Assembly: GCA_002104905.1 (NCBI GenBank)
Contig: MCFE01000105.1
Location: forward strand, 1 to 64,000
DNA length: 64,000 bases
Reading direction: 5' to 3'
Source: Basidiobolus meristosporus CBS 931.73
Taxonomy: Eukaryota > Fungi > Basidiobolomycota
The position numbers and the translations under genes are program-made. How positions within the stretch are numbered: position 1 is the first letter of the stretch; every line of letters starts with the position of its first letter. Under the pieces are notes generated by a model. The model worked only from the letters and a program-made list of their open reading frames with translations, made no database searches and was not told where the DNA came from. Below, piece after piece: positions 10,735 to 22,204 of this stretch.

Positions 10735-12836
10735 ATGGCTTCCCCCGCTTCCATGATGGTATGTCTATATTCTTCAGCAGCTCAATACCTCTCGACCCAC
10801 CACCACCACCACCTTCCCCTTCCCCTCCCCCATCCACCGCAACCTCCTTTGCCGTGCGTACCCTCGTCCACCTGGCCATCCTGATCCACCCACTGAGTAA
10901 CACAAAGATCCACTAACTGACTTTGTCTTTCCCGTAGCAACCTCAAATCATCCTTCTCAAAGAGGGTACCGATTCTTCCCAAGGCAAGGGCCAACTCCTG
11001 TCCAACATCAACGCCTGCCTTGCGGTGTGCGACACCGTTCGCACCACCCTCGGCCCCCGTGGCATGGACAAGTTGATCGTCAACCAAAGAGGTGAGTGAC
11101 CTTTCTTCAGGAGCCACCTACCCAGGCTCGTCTAGATTAACCGGTTGCTTTGCAGGCGACGTCACCATCTCCAACGACGGTGCCACCATCATGAAGCTTT
11201 TGGACATCGTCCAACCCGCCGCCAAGACCTTGGTGGACATCGCCAGGTCTCAGGATGCCGAGGTAAGGCTTGCAGGTTTTGTGCCCCGACCCCCGGGTGG
11301 ATAGCTAACGTTTGCCTCAGGTCGGTGACGGCACCACCAGTGTGGTCCTCCTTGCCGGAGAGTTCCTGAAGGAGGTCAAATCCTACATCGAAGAAGGGGT
11401 CAGCTCCCAAGTGATCATCAAGGGTTTCCGTAAGGCCGCACAACTCGTAAGCTGAACGGGAGCATTTCTGTTCCGGGACGGACCGTACCAACCAACCACC
11501 ATCTATTTTTAGGCCATCAACAAAGTCAAGGAGATCTCAGTCACCGTCGACAGAACCAACGAGGAGTAAGTGGCTTCCCCACACACGGAACCCCCCTGTC
11601 CGCCCCTTGGCTAACCCTCCACCCCACAGAGAGTTCAGATCCCTCCTCGAGAAGTGTGCCGCCACCGCCATGTCCTCCAAGCTGATCCACTCCCACAAGG
11701 ATTTCTTCACCAAGATGGTGGTCGACTCCGTTCTTCACCTGGACCAAGAAGACCTCAACCCCAAACTCATCGGGATCAAGAAGGTCCCAGGCGGCGCCAT
11801 GGAGGACTCCCTCTTCGTCGACGGGGTGGCCTTCAAGAAGACCTTCTCCTACGCCGGTTTCGAGCAACAGCCCAAGCACTTCAAGCAGCCCAAGATCCTG
11901 TGCCTGAACGTTGAGCTGGAGCTCAAGGCCGAGAAGGACAACGCCGAGGTCCGGGTCGAGGCGGTGGACGAGTACCAATCGATCGTCGATGCCGAATGGT
12001 CCATCATCTACCAGAAGCTCGAGGCGATCGTCAAGACCGGAGCCAAGGTGGTCCTCTCCAAGCTCCCCATCGGGGACCTTGCCACCCAGTACTTCGCCGA
12101 CCGCGATATCTTCTGTGCCGGCCGCGTCGCCGCCGACGACCTCAGCCGTGTTGTGAAGGCGGTCGGTGGCTCCGTCCAATCCACATGCACCGACATCTCC
12201 GAGAAGCACCTGGGCACCTGTGAGGTGTTCGAGGAGAAGCAGATCGGTGGGGAGAGATTCAACCTGTTCAGCGGCTGCCCCGCCGCCAAGACATGCACGC
12301 TGATCCTTCGTGGTGGCGCCGAGCAATTCATCGCCGAGGTGGAGAGAAGCCTGAACGACGCCATCATGATCGTCAGAAGGGCCATCCGCAACAACCACGT
12401 GGTGGCCGGTGGTGGCGCCACCGAGATGGAGCTTTCCAAGTACCTCCGTCTCCACGCCCGAACCATCCAGGGCAAGCAGCAGCTGATCATCTCCGCCTTC
12501 GCCAAGGCCTTGGAGGTCATCCCCCGCCAGCTGTGCGACAACGCCGGGTTCGACTCCACCGAGATCCTCACCAAACTCCGTCAGAAGCACACCCAGGGCG
12601 GAACCTGGTTCGGCGTGGATATCAACAACGAGACCATCACCGACAACTTCGACGCTTTCGTCTGGGAGCCTTCCCTCGTCAAGATCAACGCCATCTCCGC
12701 CGCCGCCGAGGCTGCCTGCTTGATCCTGTCCGTTGACGAGACCGTCAAGAATCCCCAGAGCCAGCAAGCCCCTCAGGGACCTCCAGGAGGCGGTATGGGC
12801 ATGCCAGGCCGCGGTCGTGGCATCCCACGTCGCTAA
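10735..12836 (+). CDS. CCT7: T-complex protein 1 subunit eta (CCT7); 6 exons
   Basis: [58 protein letters not shown] and a Gly/Met/Arg-rich tail. All 5 introns fall before ~11630. Confidence 0.96.
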
Positions 12837-13190
12837 GCGAACCGGATCACCCCCGGGAATGTCGGTATGTGCCGGGCCACGCTCGAGCCCAATCCCAATC
12901 CCACACCCAACCATCCCCCCACTGTCCCGCAACCCCCTAACCCTCTTGCTTCCCTTTTATTTCCGGGTTGATTTTTCTCTCGCCTCTTACATGATTCTCC
13001 GCCACGAAACCATGGACGACTTCGTTGTAACATTACTTTAGAAACCATGTTATTGTCATTGCCATTGTCATCGCAACTAATAAAAGTCCCAGCAAGATAG
13101 TGTCGGGCGGATGGTTTGGTTTATTGGTCGAGTGGATATCAGAGCCATACAAGTACATGTTAAATGAATGGGTGGGTGGTGAAGGTTGGG

Positions 13191-13256
13191 ATGGGGATGG
13201 GGATGGAGATGGAGATGGAGATGGGTATGGAAATGGAAATGGAAATAGAGATGGAG
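13191..13256. repeat. Hexamer tandem (ATGGRR-like, 11 units) directly abutting the ribokinase stop codon
   Basis: atgggg atgggg atggag atggag atggag atgggt atggaa atggaa atggaa atagag atggag. Confidence 0.9.
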
Positions 13257-14471
13257 TTATGGGTATCTAGCAAGGATCTCCTCCTTGGTGGGGACGCTGT
13301 CCATCGCCCCCTCCTTGCCGATCGCAATCGAGGCCGCCTTGATCCCGAGGTCCAGAGCAGCCTTGAAGCGTTTACTGGATTGGAGGTATTCGGAGAGGAA
13401 GTAGGCGATGAAGGTGTCTCCAGCTCCGGTGGTGTCCACGACCTCGCACTTGACCGAGGGCAAGGAGATCTCCTCCCCATCGAACACCGCGTATACCCCG
13501 TCCGCGCCCAAGGTGATGATGAGTCCCTCCAATGCGGGGAGTTTCTCCAACACCGACCGGGCGATCCTCTTCACGTCCAGCTCCCCACCGGGCCATTTCT
13601 CCCCGGAGATCCCCTCGTGCAGGCCCATGGCCTCGGTCTCGTTCACCACCAGGATGTTCACCAGCTCCAAGGGGTACTCCGAGATGACCTCCGCGTTGAA
13701 CGGCGCCGGGTTGAAGATGACCTTCATTCCTAAACGAACCGGAAACGGTTAGCAAGCTCACGTCCAACCATGCGGGCCCGGCTTTCGCTCGAACCACCGA
13801 CCTTGCTTCTTCGCCGCTCTCATGATCTCCCCGCCAAGGTTGATCTCGTTCTGTAGCAGACACCAGTCGCCCGGTTGGAACTGTCCGACCACCTTCTCCA
13901 CGAAGGGCTTGGTGATGCAGTGGTTGGTTCCGGGGAAGAGGATGATGGAGTTGTCCCGGTCGTGTTCGCTCAGCTGGATGATCGCTCTACCGGTGGACTA
14001 AGTCGTGGGGGGGGGAAGCAAGTCACGTCAGGTTAGTCGTCTCTTTGGTCCACCAGTGTACCTCGGACCTTGCCGGCCATCTAGCTTACCTCCACTTCGG
14101 AGACCTCCAGGTGTTCCACCTTCGTGCCGAACCCGGCTAGCTTCTCCTTGATCCAGACCCCGTCTTTTCCTATGATGCCCGCCATGAAAGTGTCGTTCCC
14201 CGCCTACCAGCGAACAAGTGAGCCGTAGGTTAGCGAGCGGTCGGAGGTGAGGGTGTTGGTTTTGGGTCTACCGCGAGAGAGGGGGGATAGGGGGGTCACT
14301 ACATACCTTGGCCAATGCCGCGCACTGGTTGGCCCCTTTACCACCGGCACGTTGGAAGTGCCGGGTGGAGGAAAGGGTCTCCCCGGAGCGTACGATATGG
14401 GGGACCACGTAGAAGCTGTCGATGTTGACGGAACCGAAGCAAAGTACCTTGCTGTTACTGCCGTTACTCAT
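13257..14471 (-). CDS. RBK1: Ribokinase (PfkB family); 4 exons
   Basis: GSVNID, GETL, AGGKGANQ, TGRAII, LLQNEI, FNPAP, VNETE, ITLGADG and DTTGAGDTF motifs. Confidence 0.92.
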
Positions 14472-15163
14472 GGATGGATGTTGTTTGCTGTGGTGTTGAC
14501 CGGATAGGTTGGTCGGTTGGTCGTTTGGTTGGTTGGTTGAATTACTGGGTTCCGTGGATACGTGGGATCCTCGCTATTTATCCCACCTCCGCTCGAGACC
14601 GAATCCGAGTCTGAAACCATCCATGCCCTCTCCCCACTGGTAGCCTCGACCGCCACCCCCTCCTGATTGGTCACCGCCCGTCGGTTTCGATCCGCCTGGT
14701 ATTGCTCGATGCTGATGACGAAAATGGTTTGATGTCTACCTCTACAGGCTGATCATCATATGTACTTTTTTGGGATCATTGTTCGATATGTTACCTGCGC
14801 ACGAGGACCCACCATACGGGTAGCGTTGAGGCGGTTCATCGACCTTTCCAGGGAAATGGTTCTGCGTGAGGGTCACACGTACGAAGGTAGGGACCAGGGT
14901 CAGGGTCAGGCTTAGGACTAGGGTAAAGACCAAGTGTACGACTAGAAAGCGGGGGGGGGGGAATCACTTAGAAACACGGATGCAAATTTATTTCAATAGT
15001 TCGACTAAAAAGTTCAAATAATATTTTACAAAAAATAGTTCTGGCTCTTGATTTCAATGACAAGATGGGGAAATGTGGTGGCTGGAAGGGATGGGGGAGA
15101 CGCGGTGGTGATGGTGAACGTCGAGAGCGGCTGTCGCTCTTCCGCCCACGCTTGCTCCGGCTC

Positions 15164-18100
15164 TTACTCTTCCATGTCGCTTCCTTCCTCCTCGGAGCTA
15201 CCCTCCTCGCCTTGGGCCACTTTCATACTGAAGTCGTATTCTTGATCACATCCGATGTACGAATCACACATCAAGTAAAGTTTGTATTTGAACTCTCCCG
15301 CCTCCGAAGGTGCCGGGAAATCCAATTTCACCCCGAGTCGACGTTGAACAGTGATACGCTTGATGGCCGCCACGGTCTTGGCCGCTGGGTCTCCGACCAC
15401 GAGCCACCAACCTTCGTCCTTCTTCGAGGGGAAGAATGGTGCAATCACCGGGCCAACCGGCTCATCGTCCTCCTCGTCTCCCTCACGTTCCAAGGAGATC
15501 TTCATGGTCACGGAAGAGTCGGTGGTAAGCTCCTCAGGATCTTGGATCTCGAAGTTCAACTCGATATTGGGATACCTGTTGACGAATCGGGCGATCTCGC
15601 GAACCTGTCTCGCCTCCATGCCCTTGAACAACTGATCCCGGTCCGCGTCCTCGAGCTCCATGATCTCAAACACAGAGTCCACATTCTTCTCCTGGCATTG
15701 TTGGATCAACTTGCTGGTGAAGTATGGGACCTGCTTGAGTGGCGAGTCCCGATCCCATTGGGCTTGGACGGACATTTGGGCGAGCTCCATGGCCGCAAGG
15801 GCGGGGGTGAGCCAGCCGTTGGAGGAGATCACATCGACACACGCTTGAAGCAAAGGAATGATCTTGGAAACCACGATGGTTTGGTCGGATTGAAGATCGG
15901 GAGGAAGCTGCGTGCGTGAGAAGTGAGCCTGCAACAAGATGTTGGCTTTGACGTGTGGGGAGTTGAACTTGCTAGAGGCAAGTTTGACAGGCAGGCGTTC
16001 GTAGATGCGCTTGAGTATACCATCTTCGTGGTGTCGAATGGGGATCGACTCGAATTCCGCCGCGGAGGAGATGATCTCCAGTAGTCCACGGAGCTTGGTG
16101 TTCGCGGTAAGCGACATGCTGAACATCTCCACGGCGATGTAGTTGATGTTGTAGTATGCGGCAATCATGCCCAGGTTCAATGGGAAGATGTCCATCTCAT
16201 CCTCGATGGTGATGCACTTCGAGGCGACCAAGTCATTCAGTGTGTTCTCCACCAGCTCGGAAAGATGGTCAGACAGATGACGATGGGTTGTACCTTGAAG
16301 GTTGTAGTAGTTCGGATTACGAGTCATACGTCTATAGATGAAGGTCCAGGTAATGTAATCCACGGCATCTTGCTTGTTCTCAATCGTCTTGGTAACAATC
16401 TCTGCATTGAAGTGATCGTGGAGGAACAGATCCAAGTGGGACTCGATGGGAAGTGATTCGAACAAGAATTTCTTGTAGAACTCCTTCTTGTTGGCTTGGC
16501 ACATGAGAACGCATCGGCCCAAGTCGTCCTTGTTGGGTCGACACGCACGTCCCAGCATCTGAAGAACATCTGTGATAGGGTAATCCACATAGCGATGATC
16601 CTTACCTTCGAAGTACTGTGTACCCATGACAATGACCATATGGGAGCTCATGTTAATACCCCAGCAGGTATCCCTCGAGACAACTACGATTTGGATCGCT
16701 CCCGACTCAAAGAGCTGCTCGACAATTCGTTTGTCCTGCTTGGAAAGGGCCTCATGATAGAAACCAACACCATGCTGTGCGGTTTCAGCAAGAGTCTTGT
16801 CAGATATCTTGGCGATATGCTCGGCAATGTCTTGAGGTTGACAACGAAGGAAGCGGTCAGGCTCCCCTTCAGCATTACAGAATGCCAACAAATCTACCGC
16901 CGTCAAGCGGCACTGCTTGCGTGATGGAACAAACACAATCGCGGGCTTGTCAGGAGAATGGGTGGTGATGGCAAGATAAGTGGGCTTGGCCATGGCGAGC
17001 ATTAGCGATGCGAAGTGAGGGATATTGAAGCTCTGAATATGCAGCTCCAAAGGAACAGGTCTAGCCATAGGAGGGAAATTGAAGGTGGAATGTGGCGTGG
17101 CCCCAATCCATTCGGCCAAATCACGAGCATTGGCGAGGGAAGTGCTTAGAGCGATAATTCTAAGCTTGCTCTGGATTTGAGAGGACATGTAGCGCATTCT
17201 GGAAACAATCACCTCATAGGTTGGCCCAACTTCACCACCAATAAGATGGATCTCATCGGCAATGAAAAGCTCGACAGCCTGCACATTCTTTCTCTGTCTC
17301 CAACGGCGAGAGAGCACATCCCATTGCACAGGCGTGGCGATGATGATGTCTCCTTGCTCGAGCAACTTGAGATCTGCACTAGTCTCACCAGTAAGAGCAA
17401 CCACATTCTTGCCCCCTTGAATCCTAGCAAACTTCTTGCTCCACTCGGCCAATCTTAGATCCGCAACTTCTTGGAACGGAGCGATGTACACGCAGCGAGC
17501 TCCAGGACTCTTTTGCCAAAGGCGAAGGATGGCGAACTCGGCGCAGATCGTTTTCCCACTGCCCGTTGGTGCCCCGATAAAGACGTTGTCATCGGTCATG
17601 TAGAGGGAATTGAAGATCTGGGTCTGAATGGGGTTGAATCGCTCAACCCAGCTGCTATACAAAGATTCAAACTCGGGGTTGTTAAGTGCAGTCACAGGTA
17701 ATGGCTGCAAATCGAGTAGCTCGGTCGGGGGAGGATATCTCTCAGGGAGCAAGAGATGACGGAAGGATACAGGAAGCTTGGTTTCGCTATGTAACCAACG
17801 ATCAGAGACGACAGTTACAAAGTAATTTGGTGGGATTGGCTCAAACAATGGAACAGTAAATGTCACAAGATGCTCTTCCTCAGCATAGCGCTGCTTCAAC
17901 AAGAAGACATCATGATACAATACCATTTCACTGTCGCCATCCTCAACAATAACCCAGAAGGATTCGGCGTTACCGTGAACCTTCTCGTCCCATTGGAAAT
18001 CAGGTGTGATGGTCAACTCGATGCGAAGAAGAGAACGAGTAATCGGTTGGACATGAGCTTGCAAGTCAAGCTTTGGGAACTGGTGGACGTACTTGTGCAA

Positions 18101-21100
18101 CATCTTTCCAGCCTTTGGAATACCCACCAACTCGCCAATTTCCTGTGGGTTGAGATCAAAGTAGCGTTCCCAAGGGAATTCCTTCTTTTCCAAGCGCTTA
18201 AGAATATCAGCTGGAATCTGCTTGAATTGCTTCAAAGGAGACATAGAAAGCCACATCCTCTTCTCTGCCATTTTACAAAGATCCAACGCTTTACGAGCCA
18301 GCTGAGCCCAGCCACGCTTCAAACAGATTTCAAAGATGGCACGAAGAATTCTGCCTGCGCTCTGGGTAACATACACCATGTCTGACACAAGAGCGAACCC
18401 TTCAAGCTTCAATTGCGAGATATAAGACTGGAGAAGCACGTTGATCTTGGCAGTTGGCTCCTCAATGGATTCCTTCACCGGGATAGGAACACGCTCCAAC
18501 AATTTGGTCAGCTCCAACTTCTCTTCCTCTCTAACCGGGATATACTTGAACTCATCAGAGAGTGAGAAGATACGGAAAAGTTCGATATGCGACATCATTG
18601 GTCTCAAATGTTGATTGTATGTGGCCATAGAAGTATGCGAGATATAGTAGTGGGAAGAAATTCTACCAAGCTCGGTGACTTGAAAGCGGCCAGTCTTTTT
18701 GTCGTACTTGATGAGGTTTGCTTTATCAAGAAGAAGAGCGGCAGAGTGGATGAGGTCAACACGCTTTTGCTCGAGATAAGGATCCTCGTCATACTCATCG
18801 ACACCTACACCATAGAGGGGTCCGTTTCTTAACATACGCACATAAAGGTAGGTATATCCAAGCCACTGGACGGCATCATCCCGGTTTCGGATGGTACCAA
18901 GAACGATTTCGGCGTTCAAGTTATCCGCAAGTTTGGATACGAACTGACTCTCAATAGGAAGTTGCTGATTGAGAAGAGAGAGGTAGTATTGAAGTTCGGT
19001 ATGAGTGGTAATAATGATACCTTCTCCGAAAGTATCGAACTGAGGACGACCGGCACGACCCAACATTTGCAAAACATCCTGAGGACTCAATTCAGTCCAA
19101 CGGCCCTTCTCGGGCGAGTAGATCTGGGTTCCCTTAATAATAACCGTATGGGCGGGTAAATTGACACCCCATGCAAGTGTGGCAGTGGAAACAAGAACTT
19201 GAACGTGACCACCACTGAACAGATCCTCAACTAATGCACGATCAGTACGATTCATACCAGCGTGATGGATAGCAAATCCGTATGGCAATACATCTTTCAA
19301 GTTCTCATCTTTGACGGTCTCGGCTTCGGATTGAAGAATTTCTCTAGTAGCGGAGTCCTCACGAAGGAATTGGCCAATGGTGTCTTTATCGATACACATA
19401 TCACGGATAGCTCTGGCTGTTTTGGCCGTCTCTTTACGGGAGTGGACGAAAATAAGGATCTGGTTCTTGCCGGCTTGATCCATGACCTTTTCATATGTCA
19501 CCTCGTTCATAACCTGGAAACGCTTAATAGCCTTCTTCTCGGTAACCCCAATAAACTCTTGCTTAAGAGGGCAGGGACGGTAAGAACTGTCGAAGTAGAA
19601 CAACCCTTTGTTGGGGTCAACACGCATGAATGCGGCAACATCTGTATAATTGGGCAATGTCGCACTAAGACCAACCAATCGAACCATCTCTTGAGTCTGC
19701 TCCATATTACGGATCGCACGAGCAACAATACTCTCCAGAACAGGTCCACGCTCATCATGCAACAAATGGATCTCATCAATGATAACCAAGCTAACCAGAT
19801 TAGTGTAGCTTCTATCAGTGGCCTTACGAGTGATGACGTCCCATTTCTCCGGGGTGGTGACGATCATCTGAGTTTCTGCAATTTGCTGCTTGGTTAATTG
19901 GCGATCACCAGTTAGTTCGGCTACTTTGACGCCAAAAGGCTCAAGTCTCTTGGAGAAATTGAGAACCATTTCTTGGACTAAGGCCTTCATTGGAGCGATA
20001 TAAATGATTTTAAAAGCATCAATGTCAATGATACCAGTTGCCTCGTCACGAAACTTGGAAAGTTCGCGCAAAACACACAACATAGCAACGTTGGTTTTAC
20101 CAGCACCAGTAGGAGCACAGAGCAGTACATTCTCGTCTTCACCGAAAGCAGTAGGATACAACTTGCTTTGGATTCTATTCAAAGAGGTGGCGCCGGGGAA
20201 TGCGACTTGTGACCACTCAGGCAGAGTATTGATGGGTACCAACTTCTCGTCTTCGCCAAGAGGTTTTGGAGTTGGTGCAGGAACGTGAATCTCTTCATAT
20301 CCCTTCTTTGAGCGCTTGAAGGAGCCGTCTGGTAATTTACACCGCTTATTGGACATCAAATGCGATCCTTGCGAGAATGACATTAGCTCCAAGTCAAGGG
20401 CAGCTCGGGGTATCAACCCAGTAGGCCCCTTTGTAGGTCCTCTGGAAGCGTGATCAGGCTTCTTCTCGTCTACATCCATGGCGTCGGCATCTTCGACAAC
20501 ACCTTTACGAGTAGCACTACGTCTCACTCTCTCTCCGCCCAAGCTTTTCAGGATCCAGTCAAGGCCTTTAGATCTCATTTCCTGCTCTATATTGGCTTTT
20601 TCTGCTTCTTCACTGGTTCTAGCCAACCGAGTACACCAAACGATCATATCCCTATTTTTTGTGATGGTTTTGACCAGCTCAAAATGCTCATAATCGAAGA
20701 GATTCATCAGTTCGTTTTCACAATCTCTAGTATTGACGGCTTCAGAGGATAGTATAGATAGTGCACTGGCGGTTTTTTCTTGCGCAGTATGTGAGTCGGG
20801 ATAGTATGTCGCTACCAAACGTTGAAGCCAGAAAGCGTCAATCTCGTGTGGATACAAGACTTGTTCGTTTTGGGCTTCTGACGATTGCTTTTTATCAACT
20901 TCGGCTCTGACTACAATCTCGTCACCGTCATCACCAAGTTGCATGGCGTCTTCATTAGCGACTACCTCTTCTTCCCGCTCCTCCTCCTCTTCTGAATCGT
21001 CTTTAATCTCATACAAATTGTCTTCGCCCTCCTCATCTTCGTCTTCATCAAACACGACGGCCACTCCGTGCTCTTCATCTATCGTTTCTATAGGGCGTCC

Positions 21101-21771
21101 ATCTTCCCCTGTGTTGGCTGCCTCGCCGTCCGGGTTGAAGTCGGTGATTCTTTTACCAAGACTGATTAGTTGTGCGAATCGTTCTGAAGTCATGGAGTTG
21201 ATAATATATTCGATTTCGGATTTTTTGTCAAAATCTTTCATATTCTCTGACTTCAGAATCTCCAACACACTATCCGCAGCACTTCGAATAACATCATGTG
21301 GTTGATCTCCAAGATTCTGACTAACAAAGGCCAAAATAAGCTCGTATACTGCCCTTGTTTCTTTGGTACGGGGTCTATATTCAAGACCTTCAAAGTCGTC
21401 GGTCGCTGAAAGGACGTTATTAAAACCATATGCACTCTTCAATGAACTAGATGGCAAAGTGTTATTCGCTAGTTCGTATATGCACAGAAAGATGAAGAGC
21501 AGCAAAACACATACCTTTCTTCTTTTCGCTTCTTTCGCTTCTCCAATATGACGTGTTCATCCTGCGTGTTCTTCTTCTCTGCTTTAAACTTGACAGTGTC
21601 TCGAACGGCGCGACTCCCGAATTCTTTGGGGTTGATTCTACCGTGTAATGTCTCAGGCTCGCCGGAAGGCTCTTGATCTCTTCTGGGTAGGGCAGATCTG
21701 TCCGCCTGAAGGACAAGATTGGAATTCTGTGTGTATTGATATTGAGACGCCTTAGCGATCTGATCCGCCAT
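15164..21771 (-). CDS. BRR2: U5 snRNP 200-kDa helicase Brr2 (two helicase cassettes plus Sec63 units); single 68-nt intron at 21447-21514
   Basis: [24 protein letters not shown] start, then a 2113-aa ORF with [12 protein letters not shown] and [12 protein letters not shown] cassettes, a PWI-like region and Sec63 domains. Confidence 0.98.
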
Positions 21772-22204
21772 CTTATGAAGTCTCGCGGCTGTATTAGATT
21801 AAAAGGGGATATTTAACTTTCCGATCTATCAAGCTCCACGTAAAAAAAAAGACTACTAAGTAATGGAAAGAAGCGACGAAAATTTCACTATTTACGAAGG
21901 TACCACGAATTTATGTCACCAGGAAAGAAATCAATTTTTTAAAAAAAGGGCGTCAGTGTGGGTCCTTGGAATTAAAATTCCCATGGTTTAGAAAATCTTT
22001 TTGCCCCTTAATTTCCATGAGCTGGATATTTATTATTTACTTGATGCTGAGGTTTTGGCTTAATGCTGGATGACATCATGGCATTCGGGGATATCGGTAT
22101 AGGTAGATAGGTGCAACGCCAGATCGTCTGGTCATCCAGGTGACGCGATCGACTCCATCTCAGCCAGGTGTGAACTACGAATCCTAGGAAACGGGAGAGG
22201 GGTT

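Noticed and set aside
11541-12932. 463-aa antisense ORF opposite CCT7 (likewise 13164-13733, 15065-15919 and others)
   Set aside because: Shadow ORFs from strong C/G third-position bias on the coding strand; no recognisable domain.
14760-14875. U3 snoRNA-like words (TACTTT..GGATCATT, CACGAGGA, GGTAGCGTT, GCGTGAG)
   Set aside because: Spacing is too short and there is no downstream box C (TGATGA) or box D (CTGA). An Infernal scan against Rfam U3 would settle it.
14887-14926. Telomere-like NNAGGG hexamers
   Set aside because: Only ~6 degenerate units with no perfect TTAGGG, inside a gene-dense region.
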